NCBI RefSeq assembly: GCF_004010195.1
Contig: NC_057711.1
Span: 73,484,736-73,530,165, forward strand
Origin: Chiloscyllium plagiosum
Lineage: Eukaryota
Length of the DNA stretch: 45,430 bases
Direction: 5' to 3'
Shown here: positions 22,906 through 35,511 of the stretch, piece after piece
How the letters are laid out: each line of letters starts with the position of its first letter
Numbering within the stretch: position 1 is the stretch's first letter
Notes under the pieces: generated by a model
The model's input: only the letters and a program-made list of their open reading frames with translations
Told to the model about the DNA's origin: nothing
Databases searched by the model: none
Program-made: the position numbers and the translations under genes

Positions 22906-23569
22906 ATTATCAAAAGCCTTAGAAGAAACTTTGCAATTTTGTATTTAAATTTAATTATACACACACAAAGTTCTGTATGTTTTCGTAAACTATCATAATA
23001 TTTGGAATCTACCATTAGTGTCAATAATCTAACCATGTTTTATCACCATTTCTAACAATGGATTTTATTTTTCAAGTCATGAGTGAACTATTGTGTGTTA
23101 TGTCTGTAATGTTGGTTTAAATTAATTTAGTTCTTGGAACTTATTTTCTCCATACTCTGAGAAGCAGGATTCTGAAGACTTCCAGAATACAAATGTAAAA
23201 TCACAGCAACCAAACACATTAATTGTACTCATGGTTCCGAGAAAGACTGCTGGGCTGATTTCTCTGTATCATAGCAATTGGACTGTTTGTTGATCATATA
23301 AAACTATTGTCAAAAACGCATCTATTGGATTTCAACAATATGAAAGAAAATCACCTTGCAAGAATTATTAGCCTTCTTTGTTATCACATATTATAAGTGG
23401 CAAGAATGTCAGATAAAAGGACATAATATTGTTTGATATCAGAAGGGGCAGACCTGAAAACTGGCCTGTCCAGTACAAAACTGGAGAAGTGAACTACCAT
23501 ACTCAGTTTTAAACCGTTCAATTGACCTGACTAACACCATTTTTAGAGATAGTTTCAGGATATTGCTGA

Positions 23570-24230
23570 GGGAATTCTTCAGGGCATTATTGTAGGTCAA
23601 CCATGTTAAGTTGTTTCATGAATGATCTTCCCTCCATCTTAAGATCTGAAATGGGAATGTTTGCTGATGATCAACCTCTAATTCCTCCGTGCTTATCCAC
23701 ATTCCAGGCACAAGTCAGAAGTGTGATGGAAAATACTTCATTGCTTGGGTTTCTCCTTTTCCAAAACTTGTCCAAATTTATTGCTGGCATTAAATATTCT
23801 TTTAGAATCATGGAAGAAGCCAACCACAATTGTAACTATGCATGGTTGACATGAACTTCCCCTGCCATTGAGCACAGAAGCCCACTTTATTTTCAGCAGC
23901 ACAATCAGAGCATTAGGTGAAAATAAATTTAATTATCCAACATTTGGAGATGCTGTGTTGGACTGGGGTGTACAAAGTTCAAAACTCACAGAACACCAGG
24001 TTATGGTCCAACAAGTTTATTTGGAAACACTAGCTTTCAGAGTGTTGCTCCAATGGAATTAAGGAAGCTTGATTCTATCAGAGACATAGCAGCCCAATTA
24101 GTTGACACCCCACTGACCATCTTAAATATTCACTCCTCCCACCACTGATGCACAGTGGCAACAGTGGGTAACAACTTCACGATGCATTATAGTTATTCCG
24201 TAAGGCTCCATTGATGGCATCTTCCTCGTT
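23570..24230 (+). mobile_element. Old CR1/L2-type LINE fragment interrupted by the 305-bp duplication
   Basis: CFMNDLPSILRSEMGMFADD (ORF 23603-23854), then FQAQVRSVME. Resumes after 24051 with aagcttgat..caccactgatgcacagtggc. Confidence 0.8.
23747..24051. repeat. 305-bp direct duplication, copy 2
   Basis: Matches 22512-22816. Confidence 0.97.
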
Positions 24231-24667
24231 TATCCCCCTTACCATTCTTAATTACTACTAGTATAATGCTATTGGAATTTTCTAATCCAAGGGCACAATT
24301 CCTGAATGAAGGCAATTTTAGATGATCATGACTATGGCTTCCACAATTCCCTAGCATACTTCTTTTAATTGACTTTTAACTCATACAGTGTATTTTTACC
24401 ATAAGGATTCAATGAGCTGATGGGCTTCTTCTAAACTCTATGCTACTATGACTGTAATTTTACTCTTGGAAAGGAACCAATAAGAGATTTGGAAATTTGA
24501 CTTTCTTTCATCATGCTATTTTCTCTACTAACTTTTGTTTTTCACATATATTGAATTGAGTGATTTTTAGTTTTCCTTGTGTCATTCACAATCTTCATTC
24601 TTTACTGTTAAGATTGATGTGTTTATTTAGGTAGTCTGTCATTTCTTGATTTACAATTACAATATTA

Positions 24668-24722
24668 CCTGTTCCTCCGATGCTGCCTGACCTGCTGTGC
24701 TTTTCCAGCACCACTCTAATCT
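24668..24722 (+). mobile_element. Short PLE family A terminal fragment within decayed minus-strand CR1 sequence
   Basis: cctgttcctccgatgctgcctgacctgctgtgcttttccagcaccactctaatct is nearly identical to about 28060-28112. Confidence 0.8.
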
Positions 24723-26764
24723 CTTTATTTTGTGCTGAATCTATTCTATTAATTTCTTGTGAACACGTTATGCTTCTCTCAATTTTTTTCTTTTCGTTCC
24801 CTTTTTGCAACTCTTAGGATTTTCTTTGTATACTTTCCAGTTCTTTTCATCATTCTCCGTCTTGAGTGTTGTTTGCAATCAGTTAAGTTTGTTAATGTAG
24901 TTTCATACTACCTCTCACTTTTTGAATGACCATGGCTGTTTAGTCATGCCAGTAGAATTTTTACATTTTAAGGGTTTAACTCCTGTTCTTCAATACTTCT
25001 TCAAACACCTTCTACTGTCGTTTTGCTGTCTATCCATTAATAGTTCTGCCCAGACCACTGCATCTACCTCATTCCTGCATCTACCTCAGGTCTGTCTCAG
25101 ATGAATTGAAAACCTGATTATGACCCATCCTTTATCCCTCTGAAACCTGACAGCAAATTCAATCAGGTTATGGATCCCTCTAGCTAAGTGCCCTCTTAAC
25201 ATAACATTGCTGATTAATTCAGGAAAATTACTCATTGCCAAATCTAAATGTGCAGAAAAGTCAGATGATGATGCTTACCCTGCTATGTTTTAGCCATCTA
25301 GTCTCTTCTTTTGTCCTGGAATTGATAGTGCCTACCAAAAGGTTTTGTTTTCTTGTTTACAGATGTGCTTGTCTCCCAGCTTTTCATCAGGTTAAATGAA
25401 GAAAACCAAAGATATCTTAATAAATAAATGCAAATGGAATTGGTTCTCGTGATGCAATATGGAGAAAAAAAAAATCTGACAGCTACTTAAATTTTTCTCT
25501 GCCTTTTTATAAAACAAATAATGGCTCTTTGTTTTGTTCAGTGAAATTTGGATAAAATACATGAGTAAAAATTAACTGAGTCCCAACCCTTTAACTGCAT
25601 TAGCCTCTGCACTGCAACAGACCAAAATGATGACACACAAAAGGGACTTTCTGATGTATCAACTAAGCCCTGAGAGGGTCACTCATAGACACTGTGTGTC
25701 ATTGCTTAGTCCATGTTGTCCTGGAGTCACCAGGGTAAAAATGGGAAGCAGAAGTAGTGGTTAAATCTAGAAAGAACTTAGTTGGTTGGTACCTAAAATT
25801 TTCCTAAAGGCAATTTATCACCTTAATTGCCTTATTTGGGAAGATACAATGCAAGTATGAAGAAAGAGAATGGAGGCTGTAACTCTACCCTTCCTAAGAT
25901 CTCTCCACACTAGTACACAGGCAAAAAAAAATTCTAGATGCAGGGCACAAGTGGATGATAATGGAGATTGGTTTCTCAAAACTCATTTGGAGTCAAATCA
26001 CATTTCACAAATATCCTTAAAGCTCAGCGTATCCATTTGATTATTTTAAAATACAAAGATTGTTGTTAAGCAAGTATGGGAGCTGTTTTGGTAACAGTAA
26101 GATCTTAAAGAGCAGTGAGATGAAGGCCAATCTGACCTATTTGTTGGTCGAGATAAGAATAATGATTAGGCCATTGGAGAACACTCTTCACTCCACCTCC
26201 TCGCAATATAGGCGTGGATTTACTAATATTCACCTCAACCAGTGGTACAGGCCGGCTAGACCCTCAGAACAATATTACTGGAAGGCTAAGACCTCCAGGT
26301 ATAAGATACTTCAACTGTACGAAGAGATTATATCAGGCTAGAGATTGTGTGTAAATCCTGGAGTGATGCTTGAGGTTTTCCATGAACTGGTCATTTGTGC
26401 TTTTTAATAAGTAAATACTATGAGAAGGAACAATTATTTCCTTCTATACTGGTAAAGTTCCTATGGTTATCAAAGTTAAGAGATAATGGTGCTAGGTGAA
26501 ATAATAGAGGAGTGTATTCGATCACCAAGTCACCCTTTGTTTACACGTGGAGAGTCCTTGACACTGAACCAGCTCTCAGTGAACAGCTCTGCAATCACTT
26601 AATCTGAACTATCAACATGCTTTCTCCTCCAGCACTCCAAACAAACCTCCCCCAACTCCACTATTGCATAAATGCTGCCCCCTCCAGAGAGTAGGAATAA
26701 ATGGATCATTTTCAAAATGGAAGGTAGTGATGTACAGTGCCATGGAGATCAGTACTTGGACCTC

Positions 26765-27815
26765 AGTGAGGACTGCCGATGCTGGAAATCAGAGTGTGGT
26801 GCTGGAAAAGCATGGTTGACGATGTTCTCCAGTGCATCTCGTCCACTTCCTGTAGCTCCGCTCTTGAACCCCATCTCTCCCAACGCAACAAGAATAGAAC
26901 CCCCCCTGAGCGTCACCTTCCACTCCACCAACCTCCATAAACACCGCATCATCCTTCACCAATTCCGCCACCTACAAACGGACCCCAGAGATATGTTTCC
27001 CTCCCCACCCCTATCAGTGTTACGGAGAGGCCATTCCTTCCGTGACTCCCTTGTCAGATCCAAGCCCCCCACCAGCCCACACTCCATTCCTGGCACCTTG
27101 CCCTGCACTGCAGGAAGTGCAAAATCTGCACCCACACCTCCCTCCTCACCTCCATCCAAGGCCCCCAAGGATCCTTCCACATCCAACAGAAATTTACCTG
27201 TACCTCCACCAATGTCATCTACTGTATCTGTTGCACATGATGTGGTCTCCTCCACATCAAGGAAAGAGGATGCCACCCTACGAATTGTTTCAGCAAATAC
27301 CTCTGGGACACCCGCACCCACCAACCTGCAACCGCCCCATGGCTGAACACTTCAACTCCCCCTCCCACTCTGCCAAGGACATGCAAGTCCTGGGCTTCTT
27401 TCACTGTCAAACCCAAATCACCTGACACCTGGAGGAAGAATGCCTCATATTCCACCTTGGGACCCTGCAATCACATGGGATTAATGTGGATTTCAACTGT
27501 TTCCTCATTTCCCTTCCCCCCACATTAACCCCATCCCAAGCCTCCAACTTGCCACCGCCCTCTTGACACGTCCATCACCTTTCCCATCTATTCGCTCCAC
27601 CCTCCTCTCCGCCCTATCACTGTTTCCCCCACCTTCATCGACCTATCACATTCTCAGCTACCTTCCCCACAAACCCACTCACCTCCCATTTATCTCTCAG
27701 CCCCCTGGCCCACAAGCTTCATTCCTGATGAAGGGCTTATGGCTGACACGTTGATTCTCCTGCTCCTCAGATGCTGCCTGACCAGCTGTGCTTTTCCACC
27801 ACCACACTCTTGACT
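26765..27815 (+). mobile_element. Penelope-like element (Neptune-type GIY-YIG endonuclease region) with short inverted 5' end and 3' pseudo-LTR, family A
   Basis: Frameshifted translation RKCKICTH..GSFHIQQKFTCTSTNVIYCICCT*CGLLHIKE..AEHFNSPSHSAKDMQVLG..LEEECLIFHLGTLQSHGINVDF. 26765-26812 is an inverted terminus. Degenerate hammerhead at 27721-27756. Confidence 0.9.
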
Positions 27816-28600
27816 CCACACTTGAAGTATTGTGTGCAATTTTGGTCTCTTTACTTAAGAAAAGATGAGCTTGCCAGAAAGGGAGTGCAAGGAAGATTCA
27901 CTGACAGATTTCTGGGATCTGGATTAGAGTGGTGCTGAAAAAGCACAGCAGGTCAGGCAGCATCCGAGGAGCAGGAAAATCGACTTTTTGGAAAAAAAGG
28001 CCCTTCATCACGATTCCTGATGAAGGACTTTTGCCCGAAATGTCGATTTTTTTTTTTTTCCTGTTCCTCGGATGCTGCCTGACCTGCTATGCTTTTCCAG
28101 CACCACTCTAATCTAGACTCTGGTTTCCAGCATCTGCAGTCCTCACTTTTGCCTAGATATCTGGGATGGCAAGATTCTTTTCTGACAATCTGACTGTCCC
28201 TATATTCACTGGAATTTATAATTATGAGTGAGGATCTCTTTGACATGGATAAAATTCTTGCAGAACTGGGCACACTGGATGCCGAGGTAATGTTTCCTCT
28301 GGCTGAGAGGTCCAAAACAAGGGATCGCAGTTTCAGGATATGTGTGAGGATATTTCAGACTGAGATGACAAAATACTTCTTCACTCAGAGGGTTGTAAAC
28401 CTGTAAAATGATCAACCATAGAAGTTTGTTGATGCAGTTACTGAATATATTTTCAGGAATAAATAGATTTTTAGAAGCTAAAGATGTCAAGGGATGTGAG
28501 GAGAACACGTGAGTATCATATGGAGTTGGAGGATCAGTCATTACCAAGCTGAAAGATAGAGCAGGCTTGCTGGGTCAAAAGGCCTACCCTTTCAATGTTT
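27816..28600 (+). mobile_element. CR1 LINE 3' portion, interrupted by a PLE palindrome
   Basis: PHLKYCVQFWS at about 27816; FFTQRVVNL (ORF 28224-28406); 3' UTR to about 28600. Confidence 0.85.
27919..28154. mobile_element. Head-to-head palindromic PLE family A termini, no coding sequence, 13-bp TSD
   Basis: About 27923-28010 is inverted relative to about 28016-28110. Flanks AGATTTCTGGGAT (27906-27918) and AGATATCTGGGAT (28155-28167). Confidence 0.85.
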
Positions 28601-28644
28601 CTCATTTATGGTGGTGTTACTTCCGCCTTTTAAAACAACTTTCT

Positions 28645-29170
28645 AGTGTTAGCTTTAGCTCAATGGGAGCATTCCCACATCTGAGTTAGAAAATCATGGT
28701 CTGATGTCCTGCTCCAGAGATTTGAACATGTAATTATATACATTCAATCCAATATCATAGAATCCCGACAGTGTGGACACAGGCCACTTGACCCAACAAG
28801 TCCACACCAATCCTCTAAAAAGTATCTCACCCAGACCCATTTCCCTACCCTATTACTCTATATTTCCCCTAACTAATGCACCTAATCTACACATCCCTGA
28901 ACACTATAGACAATTTAGCTTGGCCAATTCCCTTAACCTGCACATCTTTGGACCGCGGGAGGAAAACCAGGCAGGCAGGAAGAGAATGTGCAAACTCCAC
29001 ACAGACAGTCGCCTGTGGCTGGAATCAAACCCGGGTCCCTGGCGCTATGAGGCAACTGTGCTAACCACTGAGACACTGTGCCACCATATTGATAAACACG
29101 ACTTAATACTAAAGGAGTGCTGGAAGGTCAGAAGTGTTGTTCAGCAAACACAATGGCACTATTTGAAAAA
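28645..29170 (+). mobile_element. Deu-domain (SacSINE1-like) SINE remnant, split by HE1
   Basis: tRNA-like head gctcaatgggagc..tctgagttagaa..ctccagagatttgaac. After the HE1 insert it resumes with tactaaaggagtgctg..atggcactatttgaa. Confidence 0.55.
28755..29085 (-). mobile_element. HE1-type V-SINE
   Basis: Reverse complement of the HE1 head (gtgctaaccactgag) and tail (catagaatccc.acagtgtgga). Confidence 0.9.
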
Positions 29171-29719
29171 CGGCATAAATAACTCGCCAGTAACAGCAGA
29201 AGTGAACTATTTAGCTATTCAATCATTTGTGGAATCACTTATTTAATTTCATGCTGCATTTTCCACTCAGTAATAGAGGTTTACAGTTTCTTAAAAATTC
29301 AATGTTTGTACAGTGTTCTGGAAATTCCATAGAATGTGAATGTCACCAAACTTCAAGTTGCTTCAGTTGGATTAAATCATTTTCTACTGTTAAACTTGAA
29401 TTACTAAAACCAACGCTTATATGAACCATGAGCTAGACATTTGCAATACTCAGTTAAGCCATACTTTAATAACTGAGCCAGAAAGGGAAATGGCCATACA
29501 GGTCTTTAAGATTGAATTATTGGCATTATGACTATTATTGATCTTGTCACTTTGCAATCTTAATAAAATCAGTTTCAGTTCATGAAATTGTAATTTTCTT
29601 TTTCTCATGGTGATTTAAAGTATTGGTCAGTGTTTAGTCACCTAACATTGAACAAAAAATGCCAAGTTGCAAACTTTCATTGCTTCTTGACCATGTGCAG
29701 CTCTCCACAGCTCTCCCTA

Positions 29720-30137
29720 ACTCTCAGATTTAGAAAATGTACTTAACACAAACGGTCTTTCAAACTCCGTTCCATAACCTCTCTCGACCTGTTTTGATTT
29801 TAAAATTAGTATTCTCATATTCAAATCCATCAATGGCTTCACCCCTCACTTCCTCTGCAATTTCTTTCAATCCCAGAACCTTGCAATATTTGGGCTCTTC
29901 TAATTCTAGCCTCTTGATTGTTCCCACTTTTATTTCCTGCATCATCACGGACCTAATTTGAAATGCTTGCCTTACATCTCTACCTATCTACCTGCTTTGC
30001 TCTCGTCTAAGGCATACACATAAAACATATCCCTTTGGTCTAATATATTTTCACGTGAATTGGTGTCATATTCTGTTTTATGATGCAGCTGTGAAGTGCC
30101 TTGGGACGTCACAGTGCATTAAAGTTGTTATATAAAC
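29720..30137 (+). mobile_element. L2 LINE 3' end; tail resumes at about 30835-30860
   Basis: Translates FDFKISILIFKSINGFTPHFLCNFFQ (L2 ORF2 C-terminal type). 3' end gtgaagtgccttgggacg..tatataaa. Confidence 0.7.
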
Positions 30138-30800
30138 ATACACACACACACACTCCTATACACAGACACTCATACAGGCACTCCTACAGACACACACACT
30201 CCCACACTCACACATGCACCCTCTCACAGACTTAGACCCTTTTAGACTCATATACACTCTCTCTCTCACAGATGCTAACAACACCCCAACTCCTCCGCTG
30301 CCCCCCCCCCCCCAACACCCCCCCCCCCACATGCACACATACAAATACATGTTTGTGGGGTGAATTTGTACTTGCAGAGTTACATTGTACTTTGCTCAAA
30401 AACTGGATGAATCCATGTAAGATTCTGTCAATTCATTTTTTAGATTATAATCAGTTTAAACATTATGGCACAAACAGCAGCACACAGAGGGCTAACCCCT
30501 CCAACACATTATCTGGGGTGACACCAATTGTTAAAGTTAACCTGAGAATGTATCTTTTTTAAAAAAAATTGTGATTTACATATAAAAGAAGTGAAACTAA
30601 CATGGTCATTCTAACAGATGAGAGATTAACATACAATCAAAGTATTTTTCAATATATAATTTCAGTTACATCGCACTGTAAACTTTTGCTATAAATTCTG
30701 TGTTTTACAATTGTGTCCTCCACAACCACCTGATGAAGGAGCGGCGCTCTGAAAGCTACTGCTTCCAATTAAACCTGTTGGATTATAACTTGGTGTTGTG
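30138..30800 (+). mobile_element. PLE family C 3' region: CA-rich tract and terminal hammerhead-like motif
   Basis: Ends CAC-CTGATGA-A-GGAGC-GGC-GCTCT-GAAA-G-CTA-CTG (30727-30761), then aaacctgttggattataacttggtgttgtg, homologous to 22818-22890. Confidence 0.75.
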
Positions 30801-31434
30801 TATATATAGTTAATATAGTTATATAGTTAAAAATCTATATAAATATAAGTCATTGTTGTTCTAATTGCTGCCAATTATTGCATTTGCTTGGTCTTAAGAT
30901 GCTGTAATGTGGGACTGCTGCTTTTCATCTGATTTAGGCGTACATACAAGTGAGTTTTGAAAACCAAAGAAGCATAAGCAAAAAGGCAGTATATACCTAT
31001 ATTACAGGTTGAGCATAGTACTTGGTCACAATAAAAAGAGAAAGAGTGAGGCTTATCCCTAAATACTGAGACTCTCATGTGAGTGGAGTAATCCGATACT
31101 CATAACACAGCACTGCGTAATAGACTGACTCAACAGTACAAGTAAGAAACCAGAGGCAGTTTCAAGACACTGCTGGCTGGGTATGAATCATACACCAAAA
31201 AAAAACTTCGTCATGCAACACTACACTGTTTGTGGTCAAACTTCTATAAGACAACATGCAGTCAGATGAGTGATATATATCATTGTAGCACATTTCATCA
31301 CCCAACTGGTCTGAATCACCAATTCAAGCCAAAGAGTGCTCACCATCAAATTAATTTAATGCAATGGTAAGAAGGTGGTGATACTAAAAGTCCCATTTCC
31401 AGTCAAAGTTTGAAGAGTCTCAAGGATAAACATA

Positions 31435-32560
31435 TGGACATAAGAATTAGGTGCAAAAGTAGGCCATTCAGCCCCTCAAGCCTGCTGTACCATTAAATAA
31501 GATCATGACTGATGGGCTGAGTTTTAAATGCCGCATTCCTCTCCTATCAATGAGTTTAATTCCTCTGCCTAACAAGATTTTATCTACATTTCTCTAAAAA
31601 TATTAAATTATTCCACCTCCACCACATTCTGAAGTAGAGGGTTCCAAAGTCAAGCAACCCTTTAAAAAGTAATTTCCCTCATTTGTGTCCAAAGAGGTAG
31701 ACATTTAATACAGCATTCCCCCACCCCCCCACCCCTTACTGTTTCCCCCATTCTGGAGTCATCCACAAGAAACAATATCATTTCCACTTCCACCTTGTCA
31801 AGACTGTTTAGGATCTTGCATTTCATACAAGTCACTCACATTTTTCTAAACTTCTGTGAAAACAAGCCCAGTTTGTCTAACCTGTCCTCATAAGACAAGC
31901 TACTCATTATAGGCATCAATCTAATGAATTTCTTCTGAAATTCCTCCAACACAGTTACATCCTTTTTTAAAGAGGGAGACCAAATCTGCACATAGTATTT
32001 GAGATGTAGTCTCAGCAGAGCCCTACATAACTGAAACAAAGCACCCTTATTTTTGTGTACAATTCCTTTCATTTTAAAGGAGAGCATCCATTAGCCTTCT
32101 TAATTAGTTGCTGTATTTGTATACCACCTTTTTGTGATTCATTCACAAGATAACCTAATGAAAACTGAAAGAACTGTGGATGCTGGAATCAAATAAAAAC
32201 AGAAATTGCTGGAGAAGCTCAGAACTGAGGAAGGATCACTGGACCTGAAATGTTAACTCTGATTTCTCTCCACATACGTCGCCAGACCTGCTAACTTTCC
32301 CGGTAATTTCTGTTGTTGCATTAGTATACCTAGATTACTGTCCACTTTAAAGTAACATTTAAGTAACATTTAAGTAACACTTTATTCTTCCTGCTAAAGC
32401 GAAAAACTTCAATTTCTCTACATTATACTTCAGTTGCTGGATTTATGCCCACTCACTCAACCTATCTACACTCGTGTGCAATAGCTCTATGTCCTCTTTA
32501 CACCATATTTTCCTACCCATCTTTGCAAAAAAGTAGTCACCATATCTTTCTTATCAATGT
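31435..32560 (-). mobile_element. Decayed CR1 LINE 3' portion
   Basis: ORF 31836-32087 (-): LCRALLRLHLKYYVQIWSPSLKKD..LSYEDRLDKLGLFS. Confidence 0.88.
32160..32320. mobile_element. Fold-back PLE terminus, family D, with degenerate hammerhead
   Basis: aacagaaattgctggagaagctcag is inverted relative to ctgctaactttcccggtaatttctgtt. CTGAGGA-A-GGATC-ACTG-GACCT-GAAA-T-GTT-AACT at 32225-32258. Confidence 0.65.
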
Positions 32561-32669
32561 CACTGTTACATATAGTGAAAAACTGAGCTGACAATAAATG
32601 CCTAAAATGCCCAGCCTAACTTTGCTTTTTAAAATACCATCTCACAGGAGAAACAAATGATCGCATTTG

Positions 32670-34150
32670 TTCTTAAGGAAGAGTTGCTAAGAATCAAGGA
32701 AGAGTGACTTGTGCTCCAGATCTATACATTCCCCTCGGTGGCTCAGTGGTTAGCACTGCTGTCTCATGGTATTTGGAACCTGTATTCAATTCCATTCTTG
32801 GGCAGATTGTCTGTGTGGAGTTTGTATGTTCTTCCTGTTTCTGTGTGAGTTTTCTCCCACAGCCCAAGGATGTGTAGGTTGGGTGGATTGGCAATGCTAA
32901 ATTGTCCATGGTGTCAAGGGATTTGTAGGTTAGATAGATTAACCATGGGAAATGCACAGTTACAAGGATAGAGTAGAGGCATGAGTCTGGTTGGGATACT
33001 GTTTGGAGGGTCATTATGGACTTGTTTGGTTGTGTGGCCTGTTTCCATACTGTAGGGATTCTATGAACTTTGGTAAGATTAATGATGGCTTGCTTGAGAG
33101 ACATCATCTATCACATGGGCTGTTAGTATTTGAAGGATCAAGTAGGTGAATTGGTGTGTGCATTTGGCCTCTGCAAGCTTAATTGAAGTCTTTCAAGTTG
33201 CTTGATGTCTCTTTGAATGCTCCTTGCCCATTTTGTGTAGTTGTGGGCCAGAGATTCTTGAGAATAGCTGGATCACTTCTGAGACGTTTTGAGAATCCTT
33301 AAAGTGTTTCCTCTGCCCTTTTGGAAGTTAGTTATTGCCTTGAAGTTCAGAGTAAAATGATTATTTCAGGATCTGATGTAAGGCAGTAACCTAGCTGGTT
33401 TTGTGTGATGTTGCAATGCTGTGCACATTGACTTGAGAGAGAATGCTGACATTAGATCACCTATCCTGAAAATAAATTTGACGGATTTTGCTGAGATAGT
33501 ATAGGTGGTATTTCTCTAAAGCATTGAGGAGACTGTTGCAAATTGTCCAAGTTTCCAAAGCATAATGAATGCAGGTATTATTCCTGTCTGGTAAATTATG
33601 TCCTTAATTCCAGGTTTGAGATCCTTGAGTAGTTTATCCTTCAGTTGGCCATCTGTTGACCTGGTACATTGCAAGTGTACTGTAGTTTGTCATCTTTATT
33701 TGCCTTCATTGAAAAGGACTCTTATATCAATACGTGTAAATTGGTGATATTTTCCAGGGTCTCATTCTAGATCTTGATTAATGGTGACTGAGATTTTGCA
33801 ATGGGAGTAGGTTTGAAGACAAATTTAGTTTTGCAGGTGTTTAAAATACATCAAAACCTCTTAAACATTTCAGTGAAGGAGAGCATTTTCAATTAGACAC
33901 AAACAGGTCTGAGGTCTGAGTGACCTTCGTGCTGCGGTGGAGGAAACAAGAGTTAATTTTCTCCACTCCTTGTAGGTAGAAAAATGGTGCACAGGATTAG
34001 TGAGATGACACAGTCTTATTTTGTTGCTGTCTTCATTGAGATAGGGTCACCTTGACACAATGAGTAAGTATCACAACTTACATATCATCATGTTGTAGGG
34101 CAGAGATTATTTGATTCTAGTAGGGAAATGTTTATGATGTGTTATTATCA
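32670..34150 (-). mobile_element. RTE-clade LINE fragment (RT C-terminus and 3' end), split by HE1
   Basis: Minus strand gives YALETWTICNSLLNALEKYHLYYLSKIRQIYFQDR and YSELQGNN*LPKGQRKHFKD, matching RTE motifs YGxETWT..LExFHxRCLRxIL and YxEL..G.R..G..RKRFKD. Confidence 0.8.
32736..33064 (+). mobile_element. HE1-type V-SINE
   Basis: ggtggctcagtggttagcactgctg head; tail gcctgtttccatactgtagggattctatg. Confidence 0.9.
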
Positions 34151-35511
34151 GTATGATAACTGTGATTGTAGGATGTATGCCCAAGACATATGCTAATTAT
34201 AAACTTCCCACTAATGCATGGGTTAAATTTGGGATTTTTCCCTTGGGACGAGGAAGTTAAAAGATATTTGGTCATTCTGGAATTTTAATAAGTGGTTGGA
34301 AAATGAATGTTTCCTGAAAACTTAAGTGATAACAGACAGGAAGATGAGACGTGCGAATAAGGGAAGTGAGACTGAGAAGACTGAGGAGAAGGAATAGCAT
34401 AAATTGGAGGCTGTTGATTAGAAAAAGAAATGCAAGCATGAGATTGATAAGACCATCATCTTATAAAATACATGCATCGATAAGGTTACAGAACTTGAGG
34501 TCCAAACTTTTTCTAAGTCAAATGTTATTTCAAATTACAAAGGACAGATGTTCAATATTTTATTCAATCTTAGGCAATGGAGGAAAGCAAATTATTCAAA
34601 AGTTTCTACATTCTTAATGACAGATATCACCTATGCCCTGTAAAGACGAAACCTTGCCATCCTTGTCTGGTCTGCTTGTGTGGGAGGGGTAACCTGTGAA
34701 AAGGAGGAACATCCACTTACTTTTCCAAACTGAAGTAAGGTGTACGATGTTCTAGCCACAGTACCACATTAACCAATCAAATTCATATAAACAGTCCATT
34801 GCATAATATATGAAACCATAATTTACAGAGATTAGTGACACCAGGCAAGGATATCGGGGATATGTACTTCCATCAGACAGATTAGAAATCATTTATGTTC
34901 CCCAAGGATCCTGGTTTGTTAACATGTGCGTAGTGTACCAGGTGAGTACATGGTCTTTCCAATTTGGCCATAGTGCTCACACACAAGGGGCCTAAATAGG
35001 AAATAGAGATTTGTTCTTTCAGAACATTTTTAACATGAAAAAAAAAGGAGTTGCTTCTGATACTTGCTTTTTTTATAATAAAAGGAAACTGAATCACCAA
35101 ATGGTTTTAAAACTACGAAACAAAACACATGCTAAGTGTGAAAGTAAAGCACCCTCTCCCTCCCTCACGTTCATTGTCCATGGAATTCCTTTCATCGCTG
35201 TGCATGTGGGACAACCAGGCTTTTACCAAATAAGTAAGCTTTTAAAAGGGATGCAAGAAAGGAAGAAATATTGGACAAATTGGTTTGGTTCAAATAAGGT
35301 GACTCATTGAGCTGAGGGCATATGTTGTGTTCTGTACTTTCTTATCTTTGAAGATAAATTGTAGAGATTGAACTAACTGACTGATCATAACTATTTTTCT
35401 GGAACAAGTTCCTCCACTAACATTTTATTAAGATATTAAAGACATATTTCTGCAAAACATGTGAATATCCAGCTCAACTCTCAAGACAATTCTATTTTAC
35501 ATCACAGACCT

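Noticed and set aside
25340..25424. Acceptor-like tract followed by a short reading frame and AATAAA on the plus strand
   Set aside because: AT-rich context makes such matches common; no partner exon or homology was identified.
26672..27346. 224-aa ORF
   Set aside because: Chimeric read-through from flank into the PLE; the Pro/Ser-rich half is an off-frame reading of the GIY-YIG region.
32350..32380. AAGTAACATTT repeated about 2.7 times
   Set aside because: Small slippage duplication within a dead LINE; not an array.
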